Part shown: piece by piece, positions 10,989 to 20,395 of the stretch | Position numbering within the stretch: position 1 is the stretch's first letter | Layout of the letters: each line of letters opens with the position of its first letter | Source of the DNA: Obrimoposthia wandeli | Lineage: Eukaryota | DNA: 64,000 nt | Assembly: GCA_977020255.1 (NCBI GenBank) | Contig: CDROCS010005249.1 | Span: 1-64,000, forward strand | Direction: 5' to 3' | Position numbers and translations under genes: made by a program | The notes under the pieces: model-generated | What the model saw: the letters and a program-made list of their open reading frames with translations, nothing else | What the model was told of the DNA's origin: nothing | The model's database searches: none

Positions 10989-11823
10989 AAGCTATTAATT
11001 AAAACGCTGCACGTTTTAGGTTTAAAATTGTCAAATCGCAAGCTGTTCTGGATTTATCTAAATAATTTTTTAATGTATCTTTTGTTAATTGCTGATCATT
11101 AAAGAGAGCATATAAATCAATAGTTATTTCATTTAACCTTGAAATTCCTGTCAGGCTGATGCCTACGGGGGTATTTATCTCATGAGCAACGCCCGCTACT
11201 AAATCTCCCAAGACAATCATTTTTTGCGCGGCGACTAACCTGTCTCTGGTTTGTTTTAAATCATTGATTGTATGAGCAAGCTCTTGATTAGATTTTGATA
11301 ACTCTTTATTTTTTTGTTTATTTAAAGATTCTAATGACTTTTTTTCATGGATATTCCTACATATCATATGTAGGGCAGTATCATTTTTAAATTCAATCCC
11401 TGTGATCACGATTTCTAACCAAATGATCTCTCCATTTAAACGCTTAGATTGCCATTCGAATCTAGCAGAACCAGTAGTGTTAGCTTGTTTTAAGTAATCA
11501 GCCATTTTTACTAAAGATAGTTCGCCATCATACTGATAAGTAGGGGCTATGCTACCTGCTTTAGTTGTCAGTAACGCTTGTATATCTGGATAGCCAAATA
11601 ATGTGACAGCGGCGGTATTTACAGCCACATAAACACCATCATTGATCAATATCATTGCATCTGAGCTTTGCTCAAACAGCTTTTCAAATTTTGTATTGTT
11701 TTGTACTTGCTTGCTATTATGAGCCTTGAGCCTTTTTAGTTTTATCAGTAGCGCTACAACACAAGCGACTAACGCTACCAAAAGCACCAACAAAGCAGTT
11801 ACAAGCGGATTATTCATACGCAA
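10989..11823 (-). pseudogene. TM-PAS sensor histidine kinase truncated after the HisKA domain by the IS4 element
   Basis: N-terminal TM helix, PAS (LFEQSSDAMILI...FEWQSKRLNGEIIWLEI), H-box VAGVAHEINTPVG; no HATPase domain. Confidence 0.85.
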
Positions 11824-12160
11824 AAAACTCTATGTAGAAATAAAAAAGTTCCTTTCTAAAAGGCGTTTTATTAATGAAGTCAGCATCGTTTTTTATAGAT
11901 GTGTGCAAAGAAAAACAAGAAAACATTGAAGAATTAATAGGTGGTAAGTAGTAGTAAAACAATCTAAATTTTGTATTAATAGTCATCTAAGTACCTATTT
12001 GTTTAACTTAAATAAAAAGTCTATTTTAAATAGCCAACAAGTTCTTATGCTACTAGTGTCGTCTTTGACGAAGGTATTGGAAATATTTGTAAAAGCACGT
12101 ACAGTAAATTATAAGTTTAATAGAAATCAAATAAAGGTAGCCTAAATTATTAAACTTTTC

Positions 12161-12220
12161 GTCACCTCGCCCCGCAAAGTGAAGCTGAGCGTAGCGAGAG
12201 AGCTTTCCTGGGGATCTTTA
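12161..12220 (-). repeat. Degenerate REP-like/composite repeat related to 20245-20300 and 47381-47446
   Basis: Reverse strand TAAAGATCCCCAGGAAAGCTCTCTCG resembles TAAAGATCCCCGGGATAAGTCCTCTCG at 20245; CTTCACTTTG is shared with 25316. Confidence 0.55.
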
Positions 12221-12510
12221 ATGAACATTACAGCTCATAAAGGTTTTCATTTTTAGGCTGTGTGGTGGATCAGTGTTTGGATAACGTTGCATTAATACAA
12301 AGTAAGTTTTGCAAAAAGGAGTAAAAATAGTTAATTGAGAATTAACTTCAAAAAAACCAAAAAGTAGAATCGCTATTTTTTATTACGTAGAATGTTAGCT
12401 CTTTAAGTAAGCAAAGCGAGTGCTTATTAAAGCACTGGGGACGACAGACTGAGTTTTACCCAGTTATAATTGCTAGGAGATTAGCACTAAGTCCTGCACA
12501 GGCCCATGAT

Positions 12511-15456
12511 CTACACGATGATTTCTAGAGGGAGTAAAACTTCCAGTTTAAAACCTTTAGCTGAGCTTTTAGCAAGGCTTAGATCTCCTTGTAAGGTCTG
12601 CGTGATTAAGTTGTAAACTATATGCCCTCCTAATCCGCTGCCTCCGTCACCACGTGTGGTGGTATAAAAAGGCTCAAACATTTTAGCTTTGCTCTCTTCA
12701 GTTAGCCCGACTCCCCAATCAGAGTATTTAATGAGTAACCCAGCCCTGGATTGAGTGGCTTCTATAGACACTTTTCCTTGCTGTAACGGTTGGTAACCAT
12801 GAATGGAGCTGTTCATTAGCAGGCATCCTAATACTCTTGAAATAACACTTGGATAGCTATTTAAAGTTAAGCTTGGGTCGCAATTAAATTCTACTGTTAT
12901 ATTATCCAAATTACATTTTGCTTTGATCTCTTGTAAGCTGCTGTGGAGTAGCTTAGCTAATAAAAATACTTTTTGCTCTTCGCTGGATAAATCGACCGCA
13001 ACCTGTTTAAAATTTGTGACTAAATCTGCAGTTTTTTTAATGTTTTTAATCGCTAAACTATTAGCTGCTTGGATTTGTTTTAAAAATTTATCCATGTCAT
13101 TTTTTGATACTTTTTGCTGTAAATAATTATCTTCAAATGTTCTATGTTGATCTTCTAATTTAGATACAGCTGTTAATATAATGCCGACAGGTGTGTTTAT
13201 CTCGTGGGCAACGCCTGCTACTAAATTGCCTAATGAAGCCATTCTATCTGCTTCTACTAACTGGTGTTGGGTATTGCGCAGTTGCGCTAAGGTGTTGGAT
13301 ATTTCAGTATTTGCTTGAGATAACTCTTGCGTACGAGAGAGTACTCGCGTTTCTAGTTCATCATTTAGTTCTTTCAACGACTGCTTGGCTTTATTGGTTA
13401 AATCTTGTTCTTGTTCCAACTGCTCAATGGTTAATTGCTGCTGTTGGGAATGATCTTCTAATAGCTTTTGCTTATCTTGAAAGTAATCTACTTTTTCTAA
13501 CAGTTCATCAGGGGAAAGTTGAGATTCAGCTAACAGCTGAGAATAGCTAACTTGTAGTTTTTGCTGTTCCGATTCACTAATTAGATTGAGTTGTTGGATA
13601 GAGCGATTGGCACTGGCCATGCCGATGATCCCAGCAAGTAACCCTGTTACATCAGATCTTAGTTTAGCTAACTGTAATATGTTAACTTTACTGTCATTGC
13701 TGAGGTCATTCTCCTCAAAATATTTATTGAGCTTTTCACGAGCGGCTTGCTTGCCTAAGTATCTTGCAAATAGGGATAAAAGTCGGCGATATTTTGCAGC
13801 CAAAGAAATATCAGCGGCCATTTTAGTTTTTAAGGCTATGTGCGCTTCTCCAGCGCCTATCCTGATAAACTCTTGGCTGTGGGCCAATTCTTCAGAAGAC
13901 CGGTTAGAAAAGTAATGTGAGACCATCACGTAAAGAGAGCAGTTCACGAATAGCGTCCAAAAAAAACTGTGTGCTGTTGATGATTGTAAAGTAACGCCAA
14001 ATAAGTTCTCTGGGCGTAACCAGTAGTATGAAAATAAACCATTCATTAAAATGTCATTACTAAACCAACCGCTCGCTATAAGAGCGGGCAAAAGTGAGGT
14101 ATAGCCCCACAATAAGGCCCCACCTGATACGCCGGCAATTGCACCTTGTAAAGTGCCTTTTTTCCAAATTATTGCGCCGACTAATATGGGTAATAATTGT
14201 GCGATTGCAATGAACGAAATAGAGCCTATTTTTACAAGAATAGCTGATTCGCCAACACTTCTATAAAACAATAAGCTCAGAAATATAATTAATGCGACAA
14301 CTAACCAACGTACTATCAGTAAATATCTTCGAAAGAAACGCAGCACTGGAAGAACTTCTAGCACAGGTACAACTATATGATTTGTCGCCATAGTAGATAA
14401 AGTCATTGCACTGATCATTATCATCCCGGTGCTTGCTGTGAAGCCGCCTAAAAACACCAGTGCAGAAATATTTGAATGGCCTGTATTTATCGGAAATTCT
14501 AATAAGACTAAATCAACCATATAATTCTCTGGCAAAGACAATGTGCCGGCCATAGCAATTGGAATTACAAAGAAATTAATTAAGAGTAGATAGAGCGGAA
14601 ATTGCCATTTTGCTTTATCAATTAATTTCTCATTAGTGCATTCAACAATACCTACATGGAACTGACGCGGCATTGCTAAAACACCAACAATACCTAAAAT
14701 AATTCCAGCAAACCATCCAGAAGGAGATGGAGGAGAGCTGAAGGGAGAAGTGAGTAGATCAAAACTAGCTTTGGACTCAACCTGGTAAATAATATCGCTA
14801 GGACCGTCAAATAATACAAAACAAATGAGAATAGCAGCGATGAGAAAAGCTACCATTTTAAAAACACCTTCGGCCGCTAAAGCGACCATCATGCCAGGGT
14901 GTCGTTCGGTTGGGTCTAATTTTCTGACACCGAATGCAATGGTAAAAATAATGATAAAAACTAAAATTATAATTTCTAATCGTTCAGTGATCTCATCACT
15001 GCTTTGTGATTGACCCGTTAGTAGATTAAAAGCACTAAAAATTGATTTAAACTGAATCAAAATATAAGGAATTATACCGATAAGGCAAAGTAGGCTAATA
15101 ATGGCTGCAAGTAGATATGAGTTATTGTATCGAGTAGAAATAAAATCCGCGATGCTGGTAGAGTGATAGTAAGTTTTGATCCTAACCATTCGCTTTAAAA
15201 GTGGCGAAAAAAACACATAAGCTAAAGTGCTACCCAGGAATAAAGCAATATGGTTAATCCCTTGACCTGTTGCTTGGCCTATATTGCCGTAATATGTCCA
15301 AGATGTGCAAAAAACGGCTAAACTGAGAGAATAAGTAATAGCTGAATTTTTGACTTTAAGAACCAGTATTGAATTTGAATCACCCCATAATGCAATTAAA
15401 AATAAGATAAAAAAATACACTATAATCAGCACAAAGACCCAATAAATAGAAAACAT
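12511..15456 (-). CDS. Sodium:solute symporter (SLC5)-STAC-histidine kinase (CbrA/CrbS-like)
   Basis: About 520-aa multi-TM SSS-like region (YSLSLAVFCTSWTYYG, PRQFHVGIVE); STAC-like ARYLGKQAA...LLAGIIGMASA; coiled coil; H-box AHEINTP; N, G1, F and G2 boxes (LMNS, DWGVG, FEPFYTT, GGSGLG). AGGAG RBS. Confidence 0.92.
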   Translation of the reverse strand: MFSIYWVFVLIIVYFFILFLIALWGDSNSILVLKVKNSAITYSLSLAVFCTSWTYYGNIGQATGQGINHIALFLGSTLAYVFFSPLLKRMVRIKTYYHSTSIADFISTRYNNSYLLAAIISLLCLIGIIPYILIQFKSIFSAFNLLTGQSQSSDEITERLEIIILVFIIIFTIAFGVRKLDPTERHPGMMVALAAEGVFKMVAFLIAAILICFVLFDGPSDIIYQVESKASFDLLTSPFSSPPSPSGWFAGIILGIVGVLAMPRQFHVGIVECTNEKLIDKAKWQFPLYLLLINFFVIPIAMAGTLSLPENYMVDLVLLEFPINTGHSNISALVFLGGFTASTGMIMISAMTLSTMATNHIVVPVLEVLPVLRFFRRYLLIVRWLVVALIIFLSLLFYRSVGESAILVKIGSISFIAIAQLLPILVGAIIWKKGTLQGAIAGVSGGALLWGYTSLLPALIASGWFSNDILMNGLFSYYWLRPENLFGVTLQSSTAHSFFWTLFVNCSLYVMVSHYFSNRSSEELAHSQEFIRIGAGEAHIALKTKMAADISLAAKYRRLLSLFARYLGKQAAREKLNKYFEENDLSNDSKVNILQLAKLRSDVTGLLAGIIGMASANRSIQQLNLISESEQQKLQVSYSQLLAESQLSPDELLEKVDYFQDKQKLLEDHSQQQQLTIEQLEQEQDLTNKAKQSLKELNDELETRVLSRTQELSQANTEISNTLAQLRNTQHQLVEADRMASLGNLVAGVAHEINTPVGIILTAVSKLEDQHRTFEDNYLQQKVSKNDMDKFLKQIQAANSLAIKNIKKTADLVTNFKQVAVDLSSEEQKVFLLAKLLHSSLQEIKAKCNLDNITVEFNCDPSLTLNSYPSVISRVLGCLLMNSSIHGYQPLQQGKVSIEATQSRAGLLIKYSDWGVGLTEESKAKMFEPFYTTTRGDGGSGLGGHIVYNLITQTLQGDLSLAKSSAKGFKLEVLLPLEIIV

Positions 15457-15468
15457 ATCAGCTCCTGT

Positions 15469-15657
15469 TCAATGGTTTTTATCTTCACTAAGAAAGGTGC
15501 TTATCGCACATACACATAAGACGATGAACCAAGCGAGGAATGGGTAAAGCCACATAATTTTTGGAGAAATAGTCATTTGCGTAATAAAAGGCCAGCTAAA
15601 GACCAAAAATACTAACAATAAGTAATATAATCGGAAAATATTCAAAGGCTGCTCCAA
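15469..15657 (-). CDS. Small two-TM membrane protein directly upstream of the SLC5 kinase
   Basis: 62 aa with two hydrophobic segments (FLVFSWPF; WLYPFLAWFIVL); its stop lies 12 nt before the kinase ATG and is followed by that gene's RBS. Confidence 0.75.
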   Translation of the reverse strand: MEQPLNIFRLYYLLLVFLVFSWPFITQMTISPKIMWLYPFLAWFIVLCVCAISTFLSEDKNH

Positions 15658-15973
15658 TGACTATTAGTTATAGCGCTTAATTTAAAATGCTATTATAAAA
15701 ATAATGAAGGTAATTCACTACAGTATTAATAAAACATTAACATTTTTTACGCATATTATTGATAAGCTTTTTTCCTAATATAAGTTAGGCTTAAACTGTC
15801 GGAATTAAAGCGATTAAAAAGTGATATCGCAGGTTGAATGAGTAAGTAAGATACCGGCGAAGTATTATCAATAAGTGTTTTTGCAATATCGTTTAATTGA
15901 ACCGAAGGAGTTGATCAGTTTATTTAACTCATAACCCCTTTTTTGTCTAACTCACATCCAATTGAGACTAAAT

Positions 15974-16423
15974 ATGACATATTGGCTATTAAAAACAGAA
16001 CCCAGCGACTATTCAATTGATGATCTACAAACCGATAAAATCACTTCATGGACAGGAATTAGGAACTATCAAGCGCGTAATTTTATCCGAGACAAAATGC
16101 GCATTGGAGACAGTGTTTTTATATATCACTCTAGCTGCAAGCAGGTAGGTATTGCAGGGATAGCCACGGTAGTAACTAAAGCGTACCCAGACCCAGATCA
16201 ATTTGACACTAGTAGTAAATATTTTGATGCGAAAGCACAAACAGTTGATCCGAAATGGTTTGTTGTTGATGTTCAGTTTAAATTAAAAGCCGCGCAAATA
16301 TACAGCTTAAAGGACATGAAGCTGTCATCACAATTATGTGACTTGGTGTTGTTAAAACAGTCTAGATTATCGGTATCTCCAGTTGATAGCCTGCAGTGGG
16401 AGTATATTAAATCCAAACTTTAA
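15974..16423 (+). CDS. EVE domain protein
   Basis: MTYWLLKTEP, WTGIRNYQARNF, GD.VFIYHS, LSVSPV motifs; ATG 15974 preferred over TTG 15962. Confidence 0.92.
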   Translation: MTYWLLKTEPSDYSIDDLQTDKITSWTGIRNYQARNFIRDKMRIGDSVFIYHSSCKQVGIAGIATVVTKAYPDPDQFDTSSKYFDAKAQTVDPKWFVVDVQFKLKAAQIYSLKDMKLSSQLCDLVLLKQSRLSVSPVDSLQWEYIKSKL

Positions 16424-16508
16424 ATTAAATCCTTTGCTGATAGAGTTAACAGGATTTTTCTAGAACTTAAAAACGGCAGTCTAATCAAATAACAGGATTA
16501 CTTTTAAA

Positions 16509-17825
16509 ATGACGTCTAAAACTAATCAATTTTCTACTCAGCCTTATTGGCATTAAGATATAGATTTTCACAGGCATAGCTCCCATGAAAACTTATTGTC
16601 TAATAGTGATCAATTAGATAATCATTTTGATGTAGTTATCATTGGGTCAGGATTCACTGGTTTGTCGGCGGCTTATACTTTAGCGAAAGCTGGTAAAAAA
16701 GTATCTATTATAGAAAGTGGTTCATTAGGTAATGGCGCCAGTTCTAGAAATGGTGGCCTACTAGGGCCAAGTTTTCATAAACTTGGGATGCAAGGTTTAA
16801 CCAAAAAATATGGTACTGATACGGCTAACGCGGTATTACAAGAGAGCCTTGCAGGTTTCGATTGGCTAATTAATTTCATAGAAACAGAACAAATAGCCTG
16901 TGATTTACAACACTGCGGTCGGTTTCGTGGTGCCTTAAAACAAAGTCACCATACCTCCATGTGTAAACAGGCAGAATCATTAGCTAAAAGCCTGAATTAC
17001 CCAGTTGAATTAGTAGCACAATCCAAACAAAATGAACATGTAGGAACTAAAAAATACCATGGCGGTGTGTTGTATACTAAGGATGCAAGCTTACACCCAG
17101 CTAAACTGGTAGCGAGTTTAATTAAAAAAAACCTGGAAGCTGGTACAAAAATGCTGCCAAACAACGCGGTTACCCGTTTAAGAAAAACCAGCAACGGCTT
17201 TGAAGTACATATAAATAAACGCCATATAACAGCAAATCAAGTGTTAGTAGCCACCAATGGATATACCACAAAATTAACTCAATACTTTAAACAGCGCATA
17301 TTACCGATTCGATCAAGTATGATAGCAACTGAAAAATTGCCTTTAGATTTAATGCACAGTATCACGCCAAAGCAGCATACTCATGGGGGAACAGATCGAC
17401 TGGTCTTTTACTATAGACCAACACCGGATAATACACGTTTATTATTTGGCGGCAGAGCGATTCATTATGCAGATAAACCACACGAATATGCCCAGTATTT
17501 ACATCAGACAATGTTAGATTTATTCCCCCAGCTAAAAGGAGCCGCTATCTGTAATGCATGGTCAGGTTTGGTTGCGTACAGCTTTGATCATGTACCACAT
17601 TTAGGTGTTAATGATGGCATATATTACGCCATGGGCTATTGCGGTTCAGGGGTTGCTAGGGCCAACTATTTAGGTGATAAAATAGCGCTTAAAATGCTAG
17701 GAGAGGGGGGCGATAGCGTTTTTGATCAGTTCGCTTTTAATTCAAAACCATTTTATTCAGGTAACCCTTGGTTCATGCCAACTGTAATGCGTTGGCATGC
17801 AATCGCGGATAAATTTGGTTTGTAG
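16509..17825 (+). pseudogene. FAD-dependent oxidoreductase (DadA/PuuB-like) with an in-frame TAA at codon 16; ORF track restarts at TTG 16596
   Basis: GSGFTG dinucleotide motif, GASSRNGG, VATNGY, GYCGSG. ATG 16509 is in frame and encodes the family-typical ..PYW.. N-terminus before TAA at 16554-16556. Confidence 0.75.
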
Positions 17826-17978
17826 TGCATCGTTTGTTTAAAACTATTTGTGGCATCTAAAGTGTCGGCAGCTAACTCTTTAGACCTCACTATACCCATA
17901 TTCCTTATATACCAAGCTCATTGCATTGATTAATTCTTGACATTAATGCGAACAATTATCAATATGTTTATTAATTAG

Positions 17979-18134
17979 TGTTCGTCCAGAATCGGACCGT
18001 TGCGAGGCTGATCCAATGTGTCGATATGGGTGTTACTAGATGTGGGCGTTTGGTTGATCCAAATTACTACATCTAGTAATGATCAAATCGATTCAGTGGG
18101 GCTGTAGCAGCAGGCAACTGTTTCTGGATGGGCA
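17979..18134 (+). repeat. 156-bp palindromic element, copy 1
   Basis: Folds end to end; about 85% identical by eye to the reverse complement of 27468-27624; flanks TTAATTAG / CTTATTAG. Confidence 0.9.
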
Positions 18135-18295
18135 CTTATTAGATGTCTATAGCAATTAGCTTAAGCATAGGCCTGATCGAGAAGAATGCCTAAAATTACG
18201 ACATAGCAATATTACACAACATTTAAGTATGTCAGTATCATTTTACCGTTTGACTTTTAACACATTGAATTTAATACAGGGATTTAGAGTTTTTT

Positions 18296-19459
18296 ATGCC
18301 CAATACAGCCATTTTTCGCTCACTGTTTATACTAGCAGCGACTTCAACCATCATTAGCAGTCCACTAACAGCCCAAGAGATCTATAAGACCAAACAAGAT
18401 TTGGGTTCTGCATTGTATTTCGATGTAAATTTATCCCTCAATCGCAATCAATCTTGTGCTACTTGCCATGCACCTACCGCAGGTTTTATTGATAATAGGA
18501 AAAACTCACTTAATAGTGCGGTATCCCTTGGTAGTGATGACAAATCTCTTGGAGATAGAAACACACCAACAGCAAGTTATGCCAGTTTTATTCCTGCGTT
18601 TTACATTAAGAAAAATGGAAAATATACCGGTGGTCAGTTTCATGATGGAAGAGCGAATACACTACAAGATCAAGCGGCTGGTCCACCTTTAAACCCCGGC
18701 GAAATGGCAATGCCAACTAAACAAGCAGTGCTTGATAGGTTACTAGAAAATGAGAGCTACAGAGCGAGCTTTAAGACTTTATATAATGATAAAGTGCTGA
18801 AAAATCCTAGCAGTGCATACAATGCAATGACTCAAAGTATTGCACGCTTTGAGAAAAGTGAGTTCTTTTCACCGTTTGACTCTAAGTACGACCGTTACCT
18901 GCAAGGTGAATACGCGTTAAGCGAAGAGGAAAAACTAGGAGAAACCGTTTTCTTTTCTAAGCAGTTTAGTAATTGCAATGTGTGTCACCAATTAAAGAAA
19001 TTACCCGCTCAGCAAAAAGAGACCTTCACTAATTATGAATATCGCAACATAGGAGTTCCTATTAATAAGGCTGTGCGTACAGCCAACGGCAATGCTAGCA
19101 ACTTTATTGATCACGGTTTATTAGAAAACCCATTAGTAAATGATATTAAGCAAGATGGTAAGTTTAAAGTGCCAACTTTACGAAATGTCGCCATAACTGG
19201 CCCTTATATGCACAATGGCGTCTTTAGTGATCTAAAAACAGTGGTTTTATTTTATGACAAATACAATAGCCGTAAAGATTCTCGTAAAATAAACCCTGAA
19301 ACCAAGCAAAACTGGCAGGCACCTGAAGTTGAACCTACTATTGCTTTAAACGAGTTAAGTAAAGGTAAAGCGCTAACCGATAAACGTATTGATGCTTTGG
19401 TGGCTTTTATGAAAACCTTAACCGATAAAAGATACGAGCATTTATTAAAAGCAAATTAA
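18296..19459 (+). CDS. Di-heme cytochrome c peroxidase family protein (CcP/MauG family)
   Basis: Signal peptide, two CxxCH motifs (CATCH, CNVCH), QFHDGRA, FKVPTLRNVAITGPYMHNG. Confidence 0.92.
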   Translation: MPNTAIFRSLFILAATSTIISSPLTAQEIYKTKQDLGSALYFDVNLSLNRNQSCATCHAPTAGFIDNRKNSLNSAVSLGSDDKSLGDRNTPTASYASFIPAFYIKKNGKYTGGQFHDGRANTLQDQAAGPPLNPGEMAMPTKQAVLDRLLENESYRASFKTLYNDKVLKNPSSAYNAMTQSIARFEKSEFFSPFDSKYDRYLQGEYALSEEEKLGETVFFSKQFSNCNVCHQLKKLPAQQKETFTNYEYRNIGVPINKAVRTANGNASNFIDHGLLENPLVNDIKQDGKFKVPTLRNVAITGPYMHNGVFSDLKTVVLFYDKYNSRKDSRKINPETKQNWQAPEVEPTIALNELSKGKALTDKRIDALVAFMKTLTDKRYEHLLKAN

Positions 19460-19478
19460 GCAGCTTCTAAATATATAA

Positions 19479-19515
19479 AATACACTCCCACTGGTCGTAG
19501 TGGGGCGTATTCTTT
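19479..19515 (+). terminator. Possible terminator hairpin after the peroxidase gene
   Basis: AATACACTCCCACT / AGTGGGGCGTATT imperfect stem. Confidence 0.45.
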
Positions 19516-19618
19516 ATGTGATTGATAAATCACATCTTAGCAATCAAAAAACGTATTCAAATTGGCTACTTTTAGTAATAATAGCCCTCACTTTATTCTA
19601 AAGAACAAGGATTTATCA

Positions 19619-20179
19619 TTGAGATACGCAATATACTGTGGTTCTAGTTTAGGTAACCATTCTATCTATAAACACAGTGCTGTTAGTTTGGCAGAACAAA
19701 TATGTGAGCGTCAGGATTCAATTGTTTATGGTGGGGCAAGTGTTGGTTTAATGGGAACGATTGCTGATGCTGTAATAAATGGCGGCCAAAGCGTAATTGG
19801 AGTGATGCCCAAAGCATTAACAGATAAAGAGTTACAGCATCAAACTTTAAGTGAGCTATTTATCGTTGAAAATATGCACCAGCGTAAAGCAAAAATGTCT
19901 GACTTAGCCGATGCATATATTGCAATGCCCGGTGGAGTCGGGACCTTAGAAGAAATATTCGAGGTTTGGACAGCAGGGCAGCTAGGTTTTCACCACAAGC
20001 CTTGCGCCTTTTACAATGTAGATGGATATTACGATGAAATGCTAACCTTTCTTAACTCTATGGTTAAAAAAGGCTTTATGAAAGGTCTTTATATGGATAA
20101 GTTAATCGTCAGTGATGATCCTAAAGTGTTATTACAACAAATAGCTGATTATCAAGCACCTAAAAACAAGTGGGATTAA
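19619..20179 (+). CDS. LOG-family nucleotide 5'-monophosphate nucleosidase (TIGR00730 type)
   Basis: YCGSS, VYGGASVGLMG, MHQRK, PGGVGTLEE motifs; TTG 19619 has AAGGA upstream (ORF track start 19562). Confidence 0.92.
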   Translation: MRYAIYCGSSLGNHSIYKHSAVSLAEQICERQDSIVYGGASVGLMGTIADAVINGGQSVIGVMPKALTDKELQHQTLSELFIVENMHQRKAKMSDLADAYIAMPGGVGTLEEIFEVWTAGQLGFHHKPCAFYNVDGYYDEMLTFLNSMVKKGFMKGLYMDKLIVSDDPKVLLQQIADYQAPKNKWD

Positions 20180-20244
20180 TGTGAGCTAAACAGCTGTTTT
20201 ATTTACCGGTTTATTCGATAAGTTAAGCTGCATCCTGTAGCCGG

Positions 20245-20380
20245 TAAAGATCCCCGGGATAAGTCCTCTCGACATCACTTCGTGAAGTGGGGTATCTCCA
20301 GTAACATTTGGTGCTAATAAGCTCACGCCTCAAGAGGCGAGGGATAAACTTTTGATGATTTAGGCTACGCCTAATTCATC
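20245..20380 (+). repeat. Composite REP-like element ending in a 27-bp palindrome (20354-20380)
   Basis: GATGATTTAGGCTACGCCTAATTCATC plus upstream small hairpins (CACTTCGTGAAGTG; CGCCTCAAGAGGCG). Confidence 0.8.
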
Positions 20381-20395
20381 TCTATTAAACAACGG

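Noticed and set aside
9696-11000. GCTATT on both sides of the IS4 as a 10-bp TSD
   Set aside because: Only 7 of 10 bases match, and it requires moving the IS ends outward by 2 bp, whereas the related MITEs fix the ends at CA(T/C)T with 9-bp TSDs.
1580-16423. UDG and EVE genes as parts of an anti-phage or DNA-modification system
   Set aside because: They are 14 kb apart, and no nuclease, methyltransferase or other defence gene is adjacent.
3-16556. Stop-codon reassignment or TAA read-through, suggested by in-frame TAA at 3-5, in the IS4 transposase and at 16554
   Set aside because: Most intact genes here end in TAA at the expected family length, so sporadic mutation or error is sufficient.
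17979-18134. 156-bp hairpin as an integron attC site or CRISPR repeat
   Set aside because: No RYYYAAC...GTTRRRY boxes at the expected ends, no cassette array or integrase, and no spacer-repeat periodicity.
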